The translations under genes were made by a program, and so were the position numbers. Shown piece by piece: positions 50,193-59,822 of a DNA stretch of 64,000 nucleotides. The DNA is taken from contig OZ251459.1 in the NCBI GenBank assembly GCA_965242525.1, positions 1,024,001 to 1,088,000 of the forward strand, in the 5' to 3' direction. This DNA is from an uncultured Candidatus Binatia bacterium (lineage in GTDB: Bacteria; Desulfobacterota; Binatia; UBA9968; JAJDTQ01). The notes under the pieces are model-generated. The model had not been told where the DNA came from. It made no database searches and saw nothing but the letters and a program-made list of their open reading frames with translations. Position 1 is the first letter of the stretch. Each line of letters begins with the position of its first letter.

Positions 50193-51008
50193 ATGTCCTT
50201 GGCCCGTGCGATCCGGACGACGGCCGGCGCGCTCCTGGCCGCGGCGCTGGCCGCCTGCGGACCCTTGAGCGTGCAGGAGGAACGGGAGCTTGGCGCGGAC
50301 TTCTCGCGCAACTTCGAGCGCCGGGCCGACCTGGTCCGGGACCCCGCGGTCACCCGGTACGTAGCGGCCATCGGCAAGAGGCTGCTGATACCCCTGGGGC
50401 CGCAACCGTTCGCCTACGCCTTCCACGTGGTGGCGAAACCGGAGGTAAACGCCTTCGCCGCTCCCGCGGGCCGCATCTACCTGTACACAGGCACGATACT
50501 CGCGGCCCGGAACGTCAGCGAGCTGGCCGGGGTCATCGCCCACGAGATCGGACACGTGGCCCAACGCCACATCGCCGAGAACTTCAACCGCGCCATCGCC
50601 ACCAACATCCTGCACGGCGTCGGCGTAGCGGCCGCCCAGGCCGCGGGCGGACCCGACGCGGCCAGGGCCGCGCGCGACCTGGGCGGGCTGGCCGCCATGG
50701 GCTACCTCAACACCTTCAGCCGGGAAGCCGAGCACGAAGCCGACGCGTTCGCCGTACGCCTGCTGTTCCGGGCCGGTTACGACCCCCGGGGACTGGCGAC
50801 TTTCTTCGAGACCCTGAAGAGGAAGAAAGGGGACCGGCCCGGGCCGGACTTCCTCTCGAGCCATCCGGCCACCTCCGACCGCATCGCCAACGCCCGGGAG
50901 ATGATCCGGCGCCTGCCCGGACAGACGCGCCTGCAAGTCCGGGACCACGGAGAGTTGGAGCGGGTCCAGGGCATACTCGGTCGGGTCGGCAGCCGGCGCC
51001 GACGGTAG
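50193..51008 (+). CDS. M48-family metallopeptidase lipoprotein
   Basis: LAAC lipobox, NAFA, HEIGH, E.EAD and FLSSHP motifs. Confidence 0.88.
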   Translation: MSLARAIRTTAGALLAAALAACGPLSVQEERELGADFSRNFERRADLVRDPAVTRYVAAIGKRLLIPLGPQPFAYAFHVVAKPEVNAFAAPAGRIYLYTGTILAARNVSELAGVIAHEIGHVAQRHIAENFNRAIATNILHGVGVAAAQAAGGPDAARAARDLGGLAAMGYLNTFSREAEHEADAFAVRLLFRAGYDPRGLATFFETLKRKKGDRPGPDFLSSHPATSDRIANAREMIRRLPGQTRLQVRDHGELERVQGILGRVGSRRRR

Positions 51009-51033
51009 CCGCGGACGCGGGACCTTGGGAAAC

Positions 51034-52431
51034 ATGCCGATGACGGAGTTCCTCTACCTTGCGCTGGGGCTTGCCGCGGGCGCGGTCCTCACCTGGATGG
51101 CCGCCCGGTCGCGGCAGGCCGCAACGGCCCGCGAACTGGTGGCGCGGCAGGACGAGGTCCGACGGGAACGGGAGCGGGCCGAAGCCGCCCGGGCCGAGGC
51201 GCGTGAGCTCTCGGAGGCCAGGGCCCGGGCCGAGCAGCGGGCGGACCGGGTCCCGGGTCTGGAGGACGAGCTTCGGAACGCCCGGGAGACGTGTCAACGC
51301 CTGGAGGTCCGGGCCGCGGAGAGCGCCAAGGAGCGGGAGGCGGACGCGGAGAAGCTCCGCTGGGTGGAGACGGCCGAGGAGAAGCTGAGGGAGGTGTTCC
51401 AGGCGCTGGCCTCCCGGTCGCTCCGGGACAACACCGACGGGTTCCTGAAGCAGACCCGGGAACAGATGGGACGGCTGCTCACCGAGGTGCGGGGCGACTG
51501 GGGCGCGCACAAGGAAGAGCTGCGCAACCTGGTGGACCCCCTCGGCAAGAGCGTGCGCCAACTGGACGTCCAGGTGCAGCAGATGGAGCAGAAGCGCGAG
51601 GGCGCCTACCAGGGACTCCAGGAAGGGTTGCGCCAACTGGCGCCGCTGGCCCAGGCGTTGCGGGCGGCGCCCGCGGCGCGAGGCCGCTGGGGCGAGTTGC
51701 AGCTCCGCCGGGTGGTGGAGATGGCCGACATGGTCTCCCACGTGGATTTCGAGGAACAGGCGGCCACGGATGGCGGCCGCCCCGACATGATCGTCCGCCT
51801 GCCCAACCGGGGGATCCTGCCTGTGGACTCCAAGACCCCCATGCAGCACTACATGGACGCCATGGAGGGGGCCGAGGGGGAAGGGCGCGAGCGCAAGCTC
51901 AGGGAGCACGCCAGGGCCGTCCGCAACCGCATACGCGAGCTGCGCGACAAACGGTACTGGGAGCAGTTCGAGCGCGCCCCGGAAGTGGTGGTGATGTTCG
52001 TCCCCAACGACGCCTGCCTGGGCGCGGCCTTCGAAAGGGACTCGGACCTGTTGGAGTACGCCATGCAGCAGCGCGTGCTGCCCACCACCCCGGTGACCCT
52101 GCTGGCCCTCCTGAAGACCGTGGCCTACGGCTGGCAGCAGCACACGGTGGCGGAGAACGCCCGGGCCATCGCGGAGCAGGGGAAGGCCCTGCACGACCGC
52201 CTGGCCAAGTTCGTGGAGCACTTCCAGCGCGCCGGAAACGGACTGGAAGGCGCGGTCAGGGCCTACAACGACGCGGTGGGCTCGCTGGAGAGCCGCCTGT
52301 TCCCCGCGGCCCGGCGACTCAAGGAGATGGGCGCGGCCAGCGACGACCTATCCCTGCCGCCCACCGTCGACCGCGCCGTGCGCGCCCCCGGACAACTCAC
52401 CCTGACGGGCACGGACGACGAAGAACCATAA
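51034..52431 (+). CDS. rmuC: DNA recombination protein RmuC
   Basis: RGRWGELQL, RPDMIVRLP, VDSKTP and TPVTLLALL motifs. Confidence 0.93.
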   Translation: MPMTEFLYLALGLAAGAVLTWMAARSRQAATARELVARQDEVRRERERAEAARAEARELSEARARAEQRADRVPGLEDELRNARETCQRLEVRAAESAKEREADAEKLRWVETAEEKLREVFQALASRSLRDNTDGFLKQTREQMGRLLTEVRGDWGAHKEELRNLVDPLGKSVRQLDVQVQQMEQKREGAYQGLQEGLRQLAPLAQALRAAPAARGRWGELQLRRVVEMADMVSHVDFEEQAATDGGRPDMIVRLPNRGILPVDSKTPMQHYMDAMEGAEGEGRERKLREHARAVRNRIRELRDKRYWEQFERAPEVVVMFVPNDACLGAAFERDSDLLEYAMQQRVLPTTPVTLLALLKTVAYGWQQHTVAENARAIAEQGKALHDRLAKFVEHFQRAGNGLEGAVRAYNDAVGSLESRLFPAARRLKEMGAASDDLSLPPTVDRAVRAPGQLTLTGTDDEEP

Positions 52432-53571
<1,140 letters not shown>

Positions 53572-53584
53572 GGGGGTTGGCGCC

Positions 53585-55852
53585 ATGAAGATCGTCGGCA
53601 CGCCGCGGAACCGCATCGAGGGGGTCGAGAAAGTCACCGGCGCGGCCAGGTTCTCCGGCGACCTGGACATCCCCGGCGTCCTGGACGCCCGGGTCCTGCG
53701 CAGCCCCTTTCCCCACGCCCGCATCGCCTCCATGGACGCGGCCCCGGCCCTGGAGGCCCCGGGGGTGGTCGCCGTGCTCTGCCGGGACGACCTGGAGGGC
53801 ATGGACCCCTACTACGGCCACTGCCTCCGGGACCGGCCCATCGTGGCCATGGACCGGGTGCGCTACGTGGGCGAGCCGGTGGCCGCGGTGGCGGCCCGGG
53901 ACAAGCTCGCCGCGGAGGAAGCCCTCTCCCTCATCCGGGTGGACTACGAAGAACTCCCGTGCGTGGCCTCCATGGACGACGCCCTGGCCCCCGGGGCGCC
54001 GGTACTGCACGAGGACCCCGCGGGATCCGGGGACTTCCACGACGTCCAGCTCTCGGACACCCGGGAGCACGCCAACGTCTGCCACCACGAGCACATGGAG
54101 GTGGGCGACGTGGACCGGGGCTTCGCGGAGGCCCACGAGGTCTTCGAGGACGTGTTCCGTTTCCCCATGGTGTGCCACTACTCCATGGAGCCCCACACCA
54201 CCGCGGCGCAGGTCCGGGGGAGGCAGGTGACGTTGTGGTCCGCCTCCGCGCACCCGTTCCTCATCCGCTCGGAGCTCGCCCGGCTGTTCGGCCTTTCCAT
54301 GACCGACGTGCAGGTGGTGGTGCCCTACGTGGGCGGGGCCTTCGGCGGCAAGTCGTACCTCAAGATCGAACCCCTGGTGGTGGCGTTGGCGCGCAAGACC
54401 CGGGGACTTCCGGTGCGCCTGGAACATTCGGCCGCGGAGTCCATGTTGACCGCCCGGCGCCACTCGGCCCGGTGCCGGATCAAGACCGGGGTCAAGCGCG
54501 ACGGCGCCATCGTGGCCCGGGAAGTGGAAATCCACCTGGACACGGGCGCGTACGCGGACAACGGCCCGCGGGTGGTGGCCCGGGCGGTGCTGCGGGTGCA
54601 CGGGGCCTACCGGTGCGCGAACTTCCGTTCCGACAGCTACGGCGTCTATACCAACTCGGTGCCCGCGGGGTCCATGCGCTCCATCGGCGGCCCGCAATCG
54701 GTGTGGCCGGTGGAAGCCCAGATGGACCGCATTGCCGAGAGCCTGGGGCTCGACCCACTGGAGTACCGCATGGCCCAGTTGCTCGGCCGCGGCGAGCGCA
54801 TCCGGCCGGGTTCCCGGGGCATGGACTGCGACCTGCGCCAGGGCCTCGCCGCCGCGGCCGCAATGGTCCGGCGGTCCGGCGCGCCGAACCCCGGCGCCGG
54901 CGTGGGTCTCGCCGTGGGAATCACCGACAGCGAGGCCAACCCCGTGTCCACCGCCATCGTCCGGCTGTTGAGCGACGGCAGCGCGGTGGTCATGGCCGGC
55001 AGCACCGAGGTAGGGCAGGGGGCCCGCACGGTGCTGAGCCAGATCGCCGCGGAAGAGCTGTGCGTCCCGTTCGAGCGCGTGAGCCTGCGGGGCACGGACA
55101 CCCATACCACCCCGTTCGACCGCTCCACCGGGGCCAGCCGCTCCACCACGGTCATGGGCACCGCTGTCAGGTTCGCCGCGGCCGACGTCCGCGGCCAGCT
55201 CAGGGCCATTGCCGCGGAGCAGTTCGGGACCGACCTCGACAACGTGGCGCTGGAGGACGGCGCGGCCCGGTGCGGCGAGGCGCGGAGGAGTTTCGCCGAG
55301 GTGGTGGCCGCGTACTTCGGAATGCCCGGCGGCGAGCTCATCGGACGCGGCTACGTGCGGGCCGGGGGAGGGATCTCGCCGGTGCTGCCTATCTTCTGGG
55401 AGGTGGGCATCGGCGGCGCGGTCGCGTCCGTGGACGCGGACACCGGCCAAGTGACGGTGCAGCGCTACGCCAGCGTGGCCGACGTGGGCAAGGCCATCAA
55501 CCCCCGACAGGCCGAGGGACAGGACGAAGGGGCCGCGGTCATGGCCCTGGGGCACACCCTGTTCGAGTCCCTGCTCTATTCGGGCGGGCAGCCCCTCAAC
55601 CCCAACCTGGTGGACTACCGGGTGCCGGGGTTCGAGGACGTGCCGCGCGCCTTCGAGTCGCGCCTCATCGAGAACGGCGACGGGCCCGGCCCCTACGGGG
55701 CCAAGGGCATGGGCGAAGGCGGGATCATCCCGGTGGCGCCCGCGGTCTGCAACGCGGTGGCCCGGGCCAGCGGGGTGGTCGTCCGGGAGTTGCCCCTGAC
55801 CCCGGAACGGGTGTGGCGGGCGTTGCGCGCAGCGTCCGCGGAAGGCGGGTGA
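53585..55852 (+). CDS. Xanthine dehydrogenase-family molybdopterin-binding subunit
   Basis: KVTGAARF, GGAFGGK, EVGQG, DVGKAINP and GAKGMGE motifs. Confidence 0.9.
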   Translation: MKIVGTPRNRIEGVEKVTGAARFSGDLDIPGVLDARVLRSPFPHARIASMDAAPALEAPGVVAVLCRDDLEGMDPYYGHCLRDRPIVAMDRVRYVGEPVAAVAARDKLAAEEALSLIRVDYEELPCVASMDDALAPGAPVLHEDPAGSGDFHDVQLSDTREHANVCHHEHMEVGDVDRGFAEAHEVFEDVFRFPMVCHYSMEPHTTAAQVRGRQVTLWSASAHPFLIRSELARLFGLSMTDVQVVVPYVGGAFGGKSYLKIEPLVVALARKTRGLPVRLEHSAAESMLTARRHSARCRIKTGVKRDGAIVAREVEIHLDTGAYADNGPRVVARAVLRVHGAYRCANFRSDSYGVYTNSVPAGSMRSIGGPQSVWPVEAQMDRIAESLGLDPLEYRMAQLLGRGERIRPGSRGMDCDLRQGLAAAAAMVRRSGAPNPGAGVGLAVGITDSEANPVSTAIVRLLSDGSAVVMAGSTEVGQGARTVLSQIAAEELCVPFERVSLRGTDTHTTPFDRSTGASRSTTVMGTAVRFAAADVRGQLRAIAAEQFGTDLDNVALEDGAARCGEARRSFAEVVAAYFGMPGGELIGRGYVRAGGGISPVLPIFWEVGIGGAVASVDADTGQVTVQRYASVADVGKAINPRQAEGQDEGAAVMALGHTLFESLLYSGGQPLNPNLVDYRVPGFEDVPRAFESRLIENGDGPGPYGAKGMGEGGIIPVAPAVCNAVARASGVVVRELPLTPERVWRALRAASAEGG

Positions 55853-55891
55853 CCGCGGGCCTCCGGAACCTCCGCTCGACGTCCCTGTCCC

Positions 55892-56179
55892 ATGCGGTCG
55901 GCCATCGCTCTCGTCTGGTTCAGCCTCTTCTGGACCCTGCTCTGCTTCCTGTTCTACCGGGACAGGGCGTTGATCGTGCAAGCCAGCCTGCCCGTGTGGA
56001 TCGCCTCGGCCGCGGCTTGGCTCCTGTACCGCCTGGCGGCTTCCCTGCCCATGCCGTGGCGCCGGGCGCCGAAGCCGCGGGCCAGGAGGACCGCCAAGTC
56101 CAAACCCGCCCCCCGGACCCGCAGCCCGCGCCCGACCGCACGCGCCTCCACCGCCAAGCCGAGGAAGCGCAGGTCGTAA
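55892..56179 (+). CDS. Small two-TM hypothetical protein with a very basic tail
   Basis: Two hydrophobic segments, then a K/R/P/A-rich C-terminus. Confidence 0.55.
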   Translation: MRSAIALVWFSLFWTLLCFLFYRDRALIVQASLPVWIASAAAWLLYRLAASLPMPWRRAPKPRARRTAKSKPAPRTRSPRPTARASTAKPRKRRS

Positions 56180-56182
56180 AAA

Positions 56183-56304
56183 GGAGCCTCTGAACAATCG
56201 GAGGAGCATGAGCGCGTCCTTCGACTCCGCTTCGCTACGCTCAGGACGAACGGGGACAGGAGGGTCAGGGTGAGGGAACCCATCCCGGATGTCTCGATTG
56301 TTCA
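56183..56304 (+). mobile_element. Family A MITE whose right TIR is interrupted by a family C end
   Basis: GGAGCCTCTGAACAATCG..core..CGATTGTTCA, then GGCTCTTCCGGCTTTCGTGTGGGC (56305-56328). Confidence 0.8.
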
Positions 56305-56364
56305 GGCTCTTCCGGCTTTCGTGTGGGCAAGGCAGGAGGGAAAGGGGAGCGACAGAGGCCACTC

Positions 56365-56414
56365 CGTCATTCCCGCGAAATTTCACTCCGTCATTCCCGC
56401 GAAAGCGGGAATCC
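56365..56414 (+). repeat. Family B (partial copy plus full copy)
   Basis: CGTCATTCCCGCGAAA..CGTCATTCCCGCGAAAGCGGGAATCC. Confidence 0.9.
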
Positions 56415-56419
56415 ATTTT

Positions 56420-56680
56420 CATCGCTCTCGTTGTACAAACTTCTCCGGGTCGGATTACTCCTGGAACATCTGAACAATCCGGACAGGGGGCATGAGCGCG
56501 TCCTTCGACTTCGCTTCGCTACGCTCAGGACGAACGGGGATAGGGGCGTCAGGATGGAGGGAATCGGGAATCCACTCTGGATATCTCGATTGTTCAGAGG
56601 TTCCTCTTCTCGATCCACTCGATTTTCACGCCCGATTCCATTGGCGTGACACCGACATACATGCGCCATGAAGTTCGATG
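56420..56680 (-). pseudogene. Relic of a small GIY-YIG (YhbQ/UPF0213-like) nuclease gene, internally deleted and split by a family A MITE
   Basis: The minus strand encodes YVGVT, QWNRA[1-nt gap]KIEWIEK, and after the MITE SNPTRRSLYNE. Confidence 0.7.
56463..56604 (+). mobile_element. Family A MITE, 142 bp
   Basis: TIRs GGAACATCTGAACAATC and GATTGTTCAGAGGTTCC (16/17 match). Flanks TCCT and TCTT form an imperfect 4-bp TSD. Confidence 0.85.
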
Positions 56681-56689
56681 ATGAGGGAT

Positions 56690-56885
56690 GGATTCCCGCT
56701 TTCGCGGGAATGACGGGGTGAGCGTCTACGGGAATGACGAAGTGGGCTTTTCGCGGGAATGACAAGGTAAGCGTCCGCGGGAATGACGAGGGTGGGCTTT
56801 TCGCGGGAATGATGGGGTAAGCGTCCGCGGGAATGACGCGGTGGGATTTGCGGGAATGACGGGAGTGGGCGCCTGCGGGGATGAC
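56690..56885 (-). repeat. Tandem array of 8 family B half-units, period about 23-26 bp
   Basis: GCGGGAATGAC core with alternating linkers (..GT(G/A)AGCGTC.. and ..GTGGGCTTTTC). Confidence 0.92.
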
Positions 56886-56928
56886 GGGGCGGCCGATGGC
56901 GCGGAGCCTCCGGGCGGCCGGCGTACGG

Positions 56929-57741
56929 TTACCGGTGGTTGGCCAGGAACTTGCGGATGGCGGCGTGGGCCGCGTCGGGGTTCGCGAAGAAGTAGCTGTG
57001 CTTCTCCCCTTCGAGAGCGACGAAGACCGCTCCGGGTATCTCCGCGGCGAGTACGTCCGCGGCCTGCCGCAACGAGGTGTCGCTGGTCACATGGTGCTCT
57101 TCCTCGCCCACGAGGATGAGGGTCGGCATACGGATGTCCTCCAGCCGGTCCCTGACGTCGTGCTGCTGCCGCGCGATGACGTGGCGGAAGTAGTGCTCCA
57201 CCGGGTTGAGACGGGCCATGCGCGCCTCCAGGTACCGCTCCACCCGTCCGGGATGCCGCCGGGCGAACTCGTCGGTGAAGCCCACGACCCTGCCGTGCTC
57301 CCTCACGTACCGCTCGTAGCCCCATTCCACCATCTCCGCGGCGATGCGCAGCGGAATGCCCCGGGTGTGGGGATAGAAGGCGCGGCCCGACGCGCAGACG
57401 AGGGCGGACACCCGGTGGGCGTGGTCCAGGGCCATCACCTGGGCCACCGAGCCGCCCATGGAGTGGCCGCAGACCACCGCGCCGCGGACATCCAGATGCT
57501 CCAGGACCGCGGCCGCATCATCGGCGAAGTCCTTGACGCCATAGGGTTCCGACGGCCAGTCCGAGCGCCCGACGCCCCGGTAGTCGCACAGTATGACCTG
57601 GTGGTCCCGGGAGAACTCCGCCACCTGGTGGAGCTTCCACACGTCGCAATGGCAGGCGGTCTCGCTCAGGAACAGCAGCGGGCGACCGGCGCCGTGGGTC
57701 TCGTAGTAGATCCTCGCGCCTTCCCTGTGGATGAAGGGCAT
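56929..57741 (-). CDS. Alpha/beta hydrolase
   Basis: DYRGVGRS, GHSMGG and PTLILVGE motifs. Start MPFIHREG. Confidence 0.9.
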   Translation of the reverse strand: MPFIHREGARIYYETHGAGRPLLFLSETACHCDVWKLHQVAEFSRDHQVILCDYRGVGRSDWPSEPYGVKDFADDAAAVLEHLDVRGAVVCGHSMGGSVAQVMALDHAHRVSALVCASGRAFYPHTRGIPLRIAAEMVEWGYERYVREHGRVVGFTDEFARRHPGRVERYLEARMARLNPVEHYFRHVIARQQHDVRDRLEDIRMPTLILVGEEEHHVTSDTSLRQAADVLAAEIPGAVFVALEGEKHSYFFANPDAAHAAIRKFLANHR

Positions 57742-57749
57742 GAGGGCGC

Positions 57750-59199
57750 CTAAGGTTCCCGCACCGGGTAGCTCATGGGCGCCACGTCGTCGATGGTCTC
57801 CCCCAGGGCGCGCCATTGGGGGACCGAGTCCCACAGGGGCCCGGCCCCCTCCCGGATCCGGTCCAGCAGTTCGGCCTCGTCGAACCGGGTGGGACGGCCC
57901 TCCTCCAGCAGGGTCTGACCGTCGATGACGACGGTCTCCACGTCGCTGCCGCTGCCTCCCTCCACCAGCGACTTGATGGGATCGCGCACCGCGCCGAAGT
58001 GGGTCTGACGGAGGTCCACCACGATCAGGTCGGCCTTGGCGCCGGGGGCGAGCCGTCCCAGGTCGTCGCGCCCCAGGGCCCGGGCCCCTCCCAGCGTAGC
58101 CGCATCGTACACGTCCCGGGGCTTGCCCGCGCGGAAGCTCCCTTCCACGAGACGGCTGGCGAGCCCGGCCAGGCGCATCTCGTGCACCATGTCCTGTGGG
58201 AAGGTGTCCGTGCCCAGGGCCAGGTTGACGCCCCGTTCCCGGTACCGGTCGAAGGACTCCATGGCGATGCCCATCTTGGCGTACTTGTAGGGGGCGTGAG
58301 CCACGGAAGCGCCGCTGTCCGCCAGGATCGACAGGTCCTCCGAGTAGGGGTAGTGGCACCAGGAGTGCCGGGAGTGGAACACGCAGTGCCCCAGGATCAC
58401 CTCCTCGCCCAGGAAGCCCAGGTCGTGGAGGTAACGGATGGGCGTGACGCCGCGCTCCCGCAGCGTGGACTGGAACTCCACCACGTTCATGGCCGCGTGG
58501 AGCTGGATGCCGACGCCGAGTTCCCGGGCGGTCCGCCTGGTGGCCTGGAGGAGCTCGGGAGTGCAGGTGTCCAACTGTCCGGGGTAGAGCATGGCGCGCA
58601 CCCGACCGCCGTGCGCGCCGTCGTGCTCCCGGGCGTAGGTCTCGGCCCGGGCCAGCCCCTGCCTGCCGGCCTCCTCGTCCCAGTCCCACCGGATGCGTCC
58701 CCGGTCGTCGAGCACGTAGGCGGCGCTCCGGTAGCCCACCCCGAGGTAGGCGCGCACGCCCAGGGCGCCGACCATCTCGGTGAAACCCTCGATCATGGGG
58801 CCCCGGGTGCCCACGTCCAGGACGGTGGTGGCGCCCCCTCGCACCGCGGCCCACACGCCGAACTTGCCCTCCACGTCCGCCCGGGGGGGGCGGCCCCATG
58901 CCCTTGGCGTCCCGGCGCATGGCGCCGTAGGAGAGGAAGTTCATGCCCAGGTAGTCCGCCTTGCTGGCGTCGTTCAGCATCACGTGGCGGGCGTTGGCGC
59001 CGGCGTGGATGTGGCAGTTGACGAGGCCCGGACTCACCAGCCGGCCGCGGGCGTCGATGGTGCGGTCCACCGGCCCGTCGAAACCGTGGCCCACGTGGAC
59101 GATGCGGTCGTCCTCGTAAACCACCACGCCTTCGGGCAACAGTTCATGGCCGGCGCCGTCGTAGCCCACGACCCAGCCGCCTCGAACGAGAGTCTTCAT
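57750..59199 (-). pseudogene. Amidohydrolase (chlorohydrolase-like) frameshifted at a G/C run
   Basis: The N-terminal part (PGLVNCHIH) and the C-terminal part (QLHAA, GHC, ALGTD, GAKADL) are in different frames. Deleting one base from G8 at 58883-58890 joins them (MGPPPRADVEGKF). Confidence 0.8.
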
Positions 59200-59276
59200 G
59201 GCGTTCCACCTCGACCCGCGGGATGTTGCGCGGCGTCCTCCGGGAACCTTCGCTCAGTCGGGACAGGGAGAGACGA

Positions 59277-59354
59277 GCGCGTCCTTCGACTTCGCTTCGC
59301 TACGCTCAGGACGAACGGGGTGGGGGAACCCATCCTCCCTGTCCTGATTATTCG
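59277..59354 (+). repeat. Family A core whose right TIR is split by a family C MITE
   Basis: GCGCGTCCTTCGACTTCGCTTCGCTACGCTCAGGACGAACGG..CTGATTATTCG. Confidence 0.85.
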
Positions 59355-59600
59355 GGCTCTTCAGGAATTCGTGTGGGTTGTGACACTCCCCTCCCGTCCT
59401 CCCCGCGAAAGCCTCGCTCCGTCATTCCCGCGAAAGCGGGAATCCATGCTCTCGTTGTACGAATTCTGGATTCCCGCCCCCGTTTCCGCGAGGACATGCT
59501 TTCGCGGGAATGACGAGAGTGGGCGGCTGCGGGAATGACGGGGTGATCCCTTTCGCTCCCCTTTCCCTGCTACCTTACCCATACGAAAGCCTGAAGCGCC
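59355..59600. mobile_element. Family C MITE (ISL3-like ends), 246 bp, carrying a family B dimer
   Basis: 24-bp imperfect TIRs GGCTCTTCAGGAATTCGTGTGGGT and ACCCATACGAAAGCCTGAAGCGCC. Perfect 8-bp TSD ATTATTCG (59347-54 and 59601-08). Confidence 0.88.
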
Positions 59601-59636
59601 ATTATTCGGAGTTTCCTCCCAATCGTTTCGACATTC

Positions 59637-59777
59637 GGAATCCCTGAACAATTGAGACATCCGGGATGGATTCCCGATTCCATCATCCTGACGCCCCCAT
59701 CCCCGTTCGTCCTGAGCGTAGCGAAGCGAAGTCGAAGGACGCGCTCATGCCTCCCTGTCCCGATTATCGGAGTTTCT
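59637..59777 (-). mobile_element. Family A MITE
   Basis: GGAATCCCTGAACAATT..reverse core..GATTATCGGAGTTTC. Reverse-collinear with 56463-56604. Confidence 0.8.
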
Positions 59778-59822
59778 TCCCGATCTTTCCGACGTTCCTG
59801 TAGTCCAGGGGGACGCATGCTG

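Noticed and set aside
53585-55852. Form I CO dehydrogenase CoxL
   Set aside because: It lacks the AYXCSFR motif and there are no coxMS neighbours.
56270-56765. Small ORFs with VIPAKAGI, LRFATLRTNG or SFDFA peptides (also 59223-59818 and 24378-25003)
   Set aside because: These are translations of repeat families A and B, not genes.
56690-56885. CRISPR array
   Set aside because: The constant part is only about 11 bp, the 12-15 bp linkers are related to each other, the unit is a dispersed palindrome, and there are no cas genes.
56929-59199. 756-aa amidohydrolase/hydrolase fusion protein
   Set aside because: It results from the G8 frameshift. The middle is out-of-frame sequence, and the hydrolase has its own ATG at 57741.
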